The notes under the pieces: generated by a model
What the model was told of the DNA's origin: nothing
The model's input: only the letters and a program-made list of their open reading frames with translations
Database searches by the model: none
Assembly: GCA_050950765.1 (NCBI GenBank)
Contig: JBMNIF010000002.1
Span: forward strand, 992,001 to 1,056,000
From: Bdellovibrionota bacterium
Lineage (GTDB): Bacteria; Bdellovibrionota_C; UBA2361; JAAYZI01
Length of the DNA: 64,000 nucleotides
Reading direction: 5' to 3'
Translations under genes and position numbers: made by a program
Shown: piece after piece, positions 29,744-37,621 of the stretch
How the letters are laid out: every line of letters begins with the position of its first letter
How positions within the stretch are numbered: position 1 is the first letter of the stretch

Positions 29744-31114
29744 ATGGTGCAGGAGTGTAGTGTAAGGAAGTATTTCGGGACGGATGGGATCCGTTGTGTG
29801 GCGGGTGTCTCTCCCCTTGATCCGGAAAGTTTAGTCCGTTTAGGACGAGCTGTTGGGGAGGTTTTCTTAAATAATCATGGGAAACGCACCGTTATTATCG
29901 GTAAAGATACCAGATTGTCGGGATATATGATTGAGAATGCTTTGGTAGCTGGTATCACTTCAGTTGGTGCTAATGTTAGGTTAACAGGGCCGTTACCAAC
30001 AGCAGGTTTATCGTATCTTACACGGAGTATGCGTTCTGATGCTGGTATAATGATTTCAGCTTCGCACAACCCTTATGAAGATAATGGGATTAAGATCTTT
30101 GCTTCTGATGGTTATAAGTTGCCTGATGAGGTGGAGTTAAAGATAGAGTCATTGATGCAGCTCGGTGCTTTGGACGGCAAGGTGGCAGATCCAGCGGATA
30201 TCGGAAAAGCCTTCCGCCTAGATGATGCTGTGGGTAGGTACACGGTCTATTTGAAAAATTGTTTTCCGAGAGAGCTCTCTTTAGATGGATTAAGGATCGG
30301 TTTGGATTGCGCCAATGGTGCTGCTTATGTTGTAGCACCCCAAGTTTTTGAGGAGTTGGGGGCTGAAGTTGTCTCTCGTGGAATAAGCCCGAACGGTCGT
30401 AATATCAACGCCGGATTTGGTAGCTTATACCCCGAAATAGTGAGAAAATTAGTTGTTGAGCAGAACTTACATCTAGGAATTTCATTAGATGGTGATGCAG
30501 ATAGGGTGATCTTTTCTGATGAAAAAGGGAATGTTCTTGATGGAGATATGATTATCGCGATCTGCGCTGTTTACCTGAAAGAGCACGGACTTCTACCAAA
30601 AAATCAGATCGTGGCAACCGTCATGTCTAACTTAGGTTTAGAGAAGTTTTTAGGACAGCACGGCATCTCCGTTATCAGGTCTCAAGTGGGGGATCGTTAT
30701 GTTTTAGAAGAGATGCGTAAGGAGCAGATCGCTCTTGGCGGAGAGCAATCTGGACACGTTATCTTTGCTGATAGCTCCACAACGGGTGACGGTATCTTAA
30801 CAGCTTTGAAGGTCTTGGAGATAATGGTTCGTAGCGGTAAAACGGTTTCAGAGTTGACAGCTGGGTATCAGAAGTTTCCGCAAAAGTTGATAAGTATAAA
30901 AGTTTCTCAAAAACCTCTCCTCTCTACACTCCCTGAGGTTTGCGAAGCGATTAAAAAAGTTGAAGATGAATTGAAAGAGGGCGGACGTGTTTTAGTTAGG
31001 TACTCGGGCACGGAGAATAAAGCGCGTGTTATGGTTGAATGTGAGAGTGAAGATCGTTGTCAAAAATATGCTGCTGATCTAGCAGAGGTGCTGGAAAAAA
31101 CTATCGGTGAATAA
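29744..31114 (+). CDS. glmM: Phosphoglucosamine mutase
   Basis: FGTDGIR, ISASHNP, DGDADR, GGEQSGH, RYSGTE. Confidence 0.96.
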   Translation: MVQECSVRKYFGTDGIRCVAGVSPLDPESLVRLGRAVGEVFLNNHGKRTVIIGKDTRLSGYMIENALVAGITSVGANVRLTGPLPTAGLSYLTRSMRSDAGIMISASHNPYEDNGIKIFASDGYKLPDEVELKIESLMQLGALDGKVADPADIGKAFRLDDAVGRYTVYLKNCFPRELSLDGLRIGLDCANGAAYVVAPQVFEELGAEVVSRGISPNGRNINAGFGSLYPEIVRKLVVEQNLHLGISLDGDADRVIFSDEKGNVLDGDMIIAICAVYLKEHGLLPKNQIVATVMSNLGLEKFLGQHGISVIRSQVGDRYVLEEMRKEQIALGGEQSGHVIFADSSTTGDGILTALKVLEIMVRSGKTVSELTAGYQKFPQKLISIKVSQKPLLSTLPEVCEAIKKVEDELKEGGRVLVRYSGTENKARVMVECESEDRCQKYAADLAEVLEKTIGE

Positions 31115-31350
31115 CAAGGATTTTTTTACCGTTATTATGATCTGCTTGAGTATATATTCGGAGAGCGGAGAGGAAAAAAGTTAGTGGTGAATAACAAGGA
31201 TTTTTTTACCGTTATTATGATCTCCTTGAGTATGTATTCAGAGAGTGGAGAGGAAAAAAGTATCGGTGAATGATGAGATAGCAAGAAATTTTTTACCGTT
31301 ATTATGATTTAGTTGGGTATGTTTTTAGAGAGGAAAAAAGTTAGTGGTGA
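31093..31350 (+). repeat. ~80 bp tandem repeat (about 3.2 units) starting in the glmM 3' end
   Basis: GGTGA anchors at 31106, 31186, 31265, 31346; TTTTTTACCGTTATTATGAT three times. Confidence 0.9.
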
Positions 31351-31402
31351 GTGGTAAGGGGGGCTCTTTAAGTTAAGTGTTTGTGTTATCGGCTGAATTG
31401 AT

Positions 31403-33016
31403 ATGTTGTTACGGCAACGTTTAAAAAGTTGTACTCTTTTTGATGTTTGGAATGCGGAGATGTTTTGTGATCTCTTACCGTCGCAGCAGCAGATGGCGTT
31501 CCTTGATGAAAAAACTATTGCAAGTGGAGTCTCTGCAACGGAGTTGATGGAGCGTGCGGGGCAAGGTGTTTTTAATGTTATTGCTGAAAAGTTTGCAGAT
31601 AAGCGTAAAGTTTGTCTCTTAGTTGGATCGGGTAATAACGGCGGAGACGGTTTAGTTGTTGCGCGTTTAATGTTGCAAGGTGGATTAGTGCCGGAAGTTT
31701 TAATTGCACCTTCTACGAACTACTCCCCCGATATGCGTTTACAGTTGGATAGGTATCTTAAGTGTGGGGGGAGAGCGTTTATTTATGCAGACCGTAACGT
31801 TGCTTCTGTTTTACATTTAGAAAGTTTGGAAAGGGCTGCAGCTAAAGAGATCTTAAACTCTTCAGAGGTGATTATTGATGCGCTTTTAGGCACGGGACAA
31901 CGTAGTGCGCCGAGAGGTGGAGTGGGAAGTATCCTTGCAGACCTTTTTCCTTGCACGACAACGGCTCCTATCATCTCCATAGATCTTCCAAGTGGTATAA
32001 ATGGAGATAGTGGAGAGGTTTATGAAGATGCTTTGAAGGCGGACCTAACACTTTGCATTCAACTTTTAAAGCGAGGAATGTTGCAATATCCAGCACGAGA
32101 GTATTGCGGAGAGGTTGTAGTTGTACCCATAGGAATTGCGGCTGATGAGAGCGAGGTGGAGTATAGGTTGCTCACCACTAATAACTTATCTCATCTGCCA
32201 AAACGGGTGGCGTGGGGGCATAAAAAAAACTACGGACATATCTTTGTTGTAGCTGGTTCTCGTAATATGAGTGGTGCAGGTGTGCTTGCTGCAACGGCAG
32301 CTTTACGGAGTGGTGCAGGGCTTGTTACTAAAGCGCAATTAATTTCAGTCACAACTGCCGATCCGCCGGAGATAATGTTTTATTACCTTGATGATCAGAA
32401 GGGTGGGATTTTCACTTCTGAGATGGCTAAGGAGATTATAGAGCAGACACAGAGGAGTGATGTTTTACTAATTGGTCCAGGTTTAGGTGAGGTTGACTCA
32501 ACTAAGAGTTGTGTTCTGGAGGTGCTTAGTAAAGTGCACTCACCTGTTGTGATAGATGCTTCAGCTCTGAACTCTCTTGCGACTGCGGGGGATCTCGTTC
32601 TACCGCAAGAAGCAGTTTTAACACCTCATACTGGTGAGGCAGCCCGTTTACTTGGAGTTTCTGTTGAGGATGTGCAACGTGATCGTTATGCTGCTGCAAG
32701 TGAGATTAGTGAAAAGTATAAAGCGGTAACGGTCTTAAAGGGAGCGGGTACCGTTATCTATTTTGCCGGTCGTGGTTTTGTTAGTGATATTGCCAATCCG
32801 TATCTAGCGACAGCGGGGAGTGGCGATGTTTTAGCGGGGGTGATAGCAGCATTTATGGGGCAGGGGGTGAGTGCGTTTGAAGCTGCTAAGCTTGCAGTAA
32901 TGGTGCACGGTGTAGCGGGTGAGCGGGCGCATCTAAAAACGAGAGGCTTTATAACTGCTTCTGATATTATAGCGGCGTTATCTTTTGAAAATATAGGCTC
33001 TGAAAGTGATTGTTAA
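31403..33016 (+). CDS. nnr: Bifunctional NAD(P)H-hydrate epimerase/dehydratase
   Basis: LMERAG, GNNGGDG, DLPSG, TPHTGEA, AGSGDVL; start could be 31460. Confidence 0.93.
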   Translation: MLLRQRLKSCTLFDVWNAEMFCDLLPSQQQMAFLDEKTIASGVSATELMERAGQGVFNVIAEKFADKRKVCLLVGSGNNGGDGLVVARLMLQGGLVPEVLIAPSTNYSPDMRLQLDRYLKCGGRAFIYADRNVASVLHLESLERAAAKEILNSSEVIIDALLGTGQRSAPRGGVGSILADLFPCTTTAPIISIDLPSGINGDSGEVYEDALKADLTLCIQLLKRGMLQYPAREYCGEVVVVPIGIAADESEVEYRLLTTNNLSHLPKRVAWGHKKNYGHIFVVAGSRNMSGAGVLAATAALRSGAGLVTKAQLISVTTADPPEIMFYYLDDQKGGIFTSEMAKEIIEQTQRSDVLLIGPGLGEVDSTKSCVLEVLSKVHSPVVIDASALNSLATAGDLVLPQEAVLTPHTGEAARLLGVSVEDVQRDRYAAASEISEKYKAVTVLKGAGTVIYFAGRGFVSDIANPYLATAGSGDVLAGVIAAFMGQGVSAFEAAKLAVMVHGVAGERAHLKTRGFITASDIIAALSFENIGSESDC

Positions 33017-33446
33017 TAGTGAAAAGGAGACTGCTGCCTTTGCGCAGAAAGTTTTCAGTATCTTAAAAGGTGGAGAGGCTATCGGACTGATCGGTGCTTT
33101 AGGGGCGGGGAAGACGGCATTTGTGCGTTATTTTGCACAAGCAGCTGGTGTGGCAGTTGGAGAGGTTTCGTCGCCCTCTTTTGTTTTAGGTCATGAATAT
33201 CTCGCCACGCATCTTACTATTGATCATTGGGATATTTATAGATTAATGGAAGAGCCTGATGAGTTGTGGGAACCTCCTGCCTGTAGCACCATTAGGATTA
33301 TAGAGTGGGCTGATCGTTCTCAAGATCTTTTAGAGCGTTTGGATTTAACGATCACTTTTGATTTTGTTGATCTTAAAAGTAAACCGCAAGCGAGGCAGAT
33401 CTCATTGGGGGGTAGGTTAGCGGAAAAGGTAGAATCGATTTTATAA
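33006..33446 (+). CDS. tsaE: tRNA threonylcarbamoyladenosine biosynthesis ATPase
   Basis: GALGAGKT, VSSPSF, HWDIYRL, IEWA. Confidence 0.93.
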   Translation: MIVNSEKETAAFAQKVFSILKGGEAIGLIGALGAGKTAFVRYFAQAAGVAVGEVSSPSFVLGHEYLATHLTIDHWDIYRLMEEPDELWEPPACSTIRIIEWADRSQDLLERLDLTITFDFVDLKSKPQARQISLGGRLAEKVESIL

Positions 33447-33629
33447 GGATGATATCTTTTTTTAGCTGATACAAGATACCTTGTTAAACATCTTGTTAGA
33501 TGTTGTTAAAAGAATGAGTGGCGATGGTATCGCAGTAAAACCATCCTAGGATAAACCTATTTTGGGTAGTTTTCACTCACTCATTCTTAAGAGGCTACTC
33601 GGGCAGATTCGTAGAATCATGCGGAGGGG

Positions 33630-34115
33630 TTACTCGGGCTTGCCCAGATCCCTAAAATCGCCAAAAGCGCGATTCCCGTTACCGGTAGAGGCGAAGAGCT
33701 TTTCGATAGAGGCGAGGAGCGCCTCGAGCTCTTTCGCAGGAATTCTAAGGGTCTTTACCCTTCTGATACACAACTCCTTGAAATTTGACGCGCCGTTAAG
33801 AATGGCTTTAGCCAAATATTCAAGTGACACACAATCAAGTGAGACGACGCGAGCAGGGCTATCTTGAGAATTAGAATCACTGATGGTAATCATGTTCTCA
33901 GTAGCATCAAGTTGCACCACGGCTAAGAGAATGAACCTCCCTCCATGGCGGAAATAGACTCGGATAATATCCTCGCCATCCTTACCACCCTTGTCGCAAA
34001 AGACTATGTGGGAACAGTCAGTAGGAAGCCCCATGTAATCTATTGTGTCTTGGAGTAACTCTTTCACAAACTCGGCAAACGAACCAGATGAGTTTGCCTG
34101 TCCTTCTTGTTGCAT
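33630..34115 (-). CDS. Orphan cassette protein 1 (161 aa)
   Basis: ATG with AAGGAGGAG SD supplied by spacer repeat; no recognised domain. Confidence 0.7.
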   Translation of the reverse strand: MQQEGQANSSGSFAEFVKELLQDTIDYMGLPTDCSHIVFCDKGGKDGEDIIRVYFRHGGRFILLAVVQLDATENMITISDSNSQDSPARVVSLDCVSLEYLAKAILNGASNFKELCIRRVKTLRIPAKELEALLASIEKLFASTGNGNRAFGDFRDLGKPE

Positions 34116-34375
34116 TTCTAACTCCTCCTTTATAAGGGGCTAGGATGTTGAAAGCTACCTACTTAAGTTAAGTAGCTTTTTGATATGAAAGACGCTTAAC
34201 CTGACAAGGAATCATCAGGTTATTCGTACAACGCTTGGAGCGATAAGTTGCGATAGGTCTCGCAGCAATTATCGCACCATTGTGAGGAACTGCTGGCTAG
34301 CTACTGCCACCCAGCGGCAAAACTCCTCACTTATTCATAGGAACTTACTCGGGCAGATTCGTAGAATCTACGGAG
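34116..34375. repeat. ~250 bp structured inter-cassette repeat, copy 1
   Basis: ~94% identical to 34875-35133 by manual alignment; five to six hairpins. Confidence 0.95.
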
Positions 34376-34874
34376 TTAGATAGACAGGAGCATGATATTT
34401 TTTGGGAATATCGTTCTTAACTCTGCGGAGAAGTCCATTAAACATTTTTAGATTGTCTTTTTCGTTTCGTTCTCCGTTGGGCAACCGAGCCAAAGCAAGG
34501 CATCCTGCCAAGAGATCCACCAAATTTCTAGTAAATTCCGCATCTCCATTGCTGGAAAAGATCAATTCCTCCTCCAGTGCTACCAAGCGATTCAGATTTT
34601 CCTCAGACACGCCGAAGTTCGGATCAGATTCGCGCAAGCGCTCCAAGACATTTAGAATGTCTTTTTTAGACAGGGAGAGAAACTCTTGGGTATTCAGATT
34701 TGCTTTGAACGCAGCGATCGGCTTCCCGAATTTGTGATAATAAATGATACACCCGAAGATATTTCCTCCCAGTTTCACAACCTTGATAGTGTAATTTTTC
34801 TGCGCAGGAAAGCGCGTTCTAAGCACGTTGTACAAGCTTTCGGCAAGTTTTTTAGTGTTTTCCTGATTTTCCAT
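34368..34874 (-). CDS. Orphan cassette protein 2 (168 aa), paralogue of 36909-37430
   Basis: ATG with AAGGAG SD; shares LRxRFP, VKL, GxPIAxFK, VSExxLxRL with cassette 4. Confidence 0.75.
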   Translation of the reverse strand: MENQENTKKLAESLYNVLRTRFPAQKNYTIKVVKLGGNIFGCIIYYHKFGKPIAAFKANLNTQEFLSLSKKDILNVLERLRESDPNFGVSEENLNRLVALEEELIFSSNGDAEFTRNLVDLLAGCLALARLPNGERNEKDNLKMFNGLLRRVKNDIPKKYHAPVYLTP

Positions 34875-35133
34875 TTCTAACTCCTTTATAAGGGGCTAGG
34901 ATGTTGAAAGCTACCTATTTAAGTACAAGTAGCTTTTTGATATGAAAGACGCTTAACCAGACAAGGAATAGTCAGGTTATTCGTACAACGCTTGGAGCGA
35001 TAAGTTGCGATAGAACTCGCAACAATTATCGCACCATTGTGAGGAACCGCTGGCTAGCTACTGCCACCCAGCGGCAAAACTCCTCACTTATTCTTAGGAA
35101 CTTACTCGGGCAGATTCGTAGAATCATGCGGAG
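34875..35133. repeat. ~250 bp structured inter-cassette repeat, copy 2
   Basis: Near-identical to 34116-34375. Confidence 0.95.
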
Positions 35134-35582
35134 AGACGAGGATCGTCGGAAGGAGATTTTGCACCTGCAACAAATCGTTCCAGCGCTTCCTCCATGAACG
35201 GTCTTAGAATACCTTCTAATATGCGCCGAATTTCTTCTTCTTCTTCTTCTTTCGGCTTAGTTCCGTTCAGCTCGAAAGAGACTCCCTTCCCTTCTTCGGC
35301 AGAATTGGGGTAGATCAGCTTTTTTACCCGATCCACATCAAGGGTGCCAATGGGGTAAAGCTCGCCAATAGGGTATTGCTTTTCGCCAGTGTGTTTGTTT
35401 CGGGTGGCTTCATCACCGTAGGCCCAGTAGATACAAATCCTCCAGATCCCGTTTCCTTTTTTTTCCACATAGATATAAAAGTTAAAAGAACCATCGAGAT
35501 TAAGCCTACTAGCGATGGTTTTAATAACGATTTTAATGTGGTTAATAAGGAAAAAGTGGGAACCTTGTTTGAAGATATACAT
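35124..35582 (-). CDS. Orphan cassette protein 3 (152 aa)
   Basis: Start reassigned to ATG 35582 (MYIFKQG) behind AGGAG; stop TGA lies in the conserved 3' motif. Confidence 0.65.
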   Translation of the reverse strand: MYIFKQGSHFFLINHIKIVIKTIASRLNLDGSFNFYIYVEKKGNGIWRICIYWAYGDEATRNKHTGEKQYPIGELYPIGTLDVDRVKKLIYPNSAEEGKGVSFELNGTKPKEEEEEEIRRILEGILRPFMEEALERFVAGAKSPSDDPRLSA

Positions 35583-35796
35583 TTTCTTCAAAGCTCCTGC
35601 TAAAGGAATAAAACTACTACCCAAACCGTTCTAAAAATGCTTGACGCAAAAGAGCGCAACAAGTTGCGCAAATTGCGTATTCATAACCCCGTAGGGGTTA
35701 GAATAGTGAAAACTACTCAAACCGTTTTTTCAAAGAACGCTTAGGAGATAAATCTCGACGAATCGAGATACACATCGCACACTCGTGCGACATCTT

Positions 35797-35824
35797 ATCA
35801 TAAAATAGATTCTTTTTGATCCAG
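35797..35824 (-). promoter_or_regulatory. Putative sigma70 promoter for cassettes 3-2-1
   Basis: -10 TATGAT with weak -35; homologous to the 37554-37581 promoter. Confidence 0.45.
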
Positions 35825-36193
35825 ATAGAGAAAGTTTTAGTTAAAGTGGTGCCACCCACCTGCAACGCTCCCTTTTTTATAAAGGTTAAGGGGGGAAATA
35901 ATAGCCTGCCGTGTTAGGTGGTGAAGGGTAAAAATTATATAGATTCAGCTATATTTAACTAGAAACAGCTATAAAAGAGGTTGAAAATAATGAGAAATTT
36001 TAAAAGGGTGACACCAGATTTATTTAAGAAAGTTCTTTCTTCTGTCGATGAAGATCTAAGGTAGAGAGGGAGGAGGCTTTAGGGTAATTTAAAAAATCTT
36101 TCTTCCGTATCTCCTTAAATATCGTGTGAGCGATCAAGGCTCACAGTTTTTGGCTTGGTTTTATTAGGTCATGAACCGTCGGAGTAAAATATA

Positions 36194-36574
36194 ATGAAAA
36201 TTGAATACCGTTTAGAGGCGCTGTCGGAGTGTCCGAGTCTTAGAATCTATGATTTTGATAACACGGAAGCACGACAATTACGGGAGCTTTTTATTCAGCT
36301 TGCCGAGGGGGAGAACGATTGGACCTCCCTGCATGAGATAGATAACATAGAGGCAGTTGATGGCTGCGTTGTTAATATGCGAGTTGGCGCTTGGGATAGG
36401 GGCGTTAAAAAATTTGATGAATCACATAAATTTGAATGGATCTTAACTGAAGAGTCGTGGAAAGATCTGGCAAAAATTGCAGAAGCCTTCTGCGAAGAAG
36501 ATTCTGAAGTAAATCAAGAATGGCTCGACAAAAGAGGTGAGGTCGCAGTCTTAATTGAAAGACATGAAAGATAG
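36194..36574 (+). CDS. Hypothetical acidic protein (126 aa)
   Basis: ATG with GGAG SD; globular-looking, Trp-containing; no assignable function. Confidence 0.7.
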   Translation: MKIEYRLEALSECPSLRIYDFDNTEARQLRELFIQLAEGENDWTSLHEIDNIEAVDGCVVNMRVGAWDRGVKKFDESHKFEWILTEESWKDLAKIAEAFCEEDSEVNQEWLDKRGEVAVLIERHER

Positions 36575-36908
36575 ATCGTTGACAATTTAATCGTTGACAA
36601 TTTAAAAGTTTAATACGCAGTGCAAAGAGGTACAGGGGTGGTGCGCTATCCACACTGCTACGAAATCCACCCGCCACCTAGCGGTAACCCTCCTCTTAGC
36701 TAGGAGGATTGATAGAGAGGTTGGCAGAAATAATAGAGCTGATTTTTTAAAGGTGGTTTGTTCTCCCTGATCGAGATTAGGCTCTTGTTAAATACTGTTA
36801 AAGGCGTGAGTGGGCGTTAGAGTTGCCGTGAAAATTATCACGGTTATCGCCGGAAAACCATAAAGGAATTAACCTATCAGTAGTTTCCACTCACTCACTT
36901 CAAAGAAG

Positions 36909-37430
36909 CTACTCGGGCAGATTCGTAGGATCTGCGGAGGGGTCAATTTCTTTTGGGAAAGTTACGGCATGATGTGATACCGAAGGAGGTAGTAAACCTT
37001 CTGGGGCAAACCATCTTGCCAATCTCGCCGTGGACGTTGCCAAAACGTTCCAGAGATCCAGAAGTTCTTTGTATCCATTCCAATTTTCGGGTAAGTTAAT
37101 ACATCCGTTTTGGAAAAAGAACGCTTCATTTCCCAAATCTATCAGGCGTTCCAGAGATGACTCAGAAACGTTACAATCTGGGGCATATTCAGGTAAGCGA
37201 CGCAGGAGAATTGAGATGTCTTCCCCAGTTAGAGGGAAGAGCTTTCCTTCGGGCGCTATTACCTTGAACGGAGCGATCGGCACTCCGTCCTTACGATAAA
37301 TAACAAAGGCGAACTCACCCTTCCTCAGTTTCACAATGGCGATAGCGAAAAAACTATCTGCATTGTTAGGGAAGCGTTCTCTAAGCCCTTGCTGCAAGTT
37401 ATAGTAAAGACTTGCAAGATAGGCTGCCAT
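36909..37430 (-). CDS. Orphan cassette protein 4 (173 aa), paralogue of 34368-34874
   Basis: ATG with AAGGAG SD; C-terminus 'SADPTNLPE*' is encoded by the conserved 3' motif. Confidence 0.75.
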   Translation of the reverse strand: MAAYLASLYYNLQQGLRERFPNNADSFFAIAIVKLRKGEFAFVIYRKDGVPIAPFKVIAPEGKLFPLTGEDISILLRRLPEYAPDCNVSESSLERLIDLGNEAFFFQNGCINLPENWNGYKELLDLWNVLATSTARLARWFAPEGLLPPSVSHHAVTFPKEIDPSADPTNLPE

Positions 37431-37553
37431 TTTTAACTCCTTCTACCCCGTGTAGGGGGCTAGGGTGGCGAAAACTAAAACTACATTTTTAAAGATCGGT
37501 CGGCTAATAAGCCACGATAACGCGGTAACAATTGCCGCCCACTCGCGTAGTCT

Positions 37554-37581
37554 ATCGTAAAATAAATCCATTTTGAGTCAA
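37554..37581 (-). promoter_or_regulatory. Putative sigma70 promoter for cassette 4
   Basis: TTGACT-16 bp-TACGAT on minus strand. Confidence 0.6.
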
Positions 37582-37621
37582 GCAAATCCATCCGCCACCC
37601 CTTTTTAATAAAAAAAAGAGC

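Noticed and set aside
34195..34226. Hammerhead ribozyme (CTGATGA on minus strand)
   Set aside because: Second copy reads CTGACTA and no properly placed GAAA with three stems
34116..35133. Canonical integron attC sites
   Set aside because: Spacer is ~250 bp and multi-hairpin; GTTAGAA before the ATG is core-like but RYYYAAC occurs at only one gene end; no intI seen
33480..37600. Retron, DGR or group II intron
   Set aside because: No reverse transcriptase, no TR/VR pair with adenine-specific differences, no domain V motif
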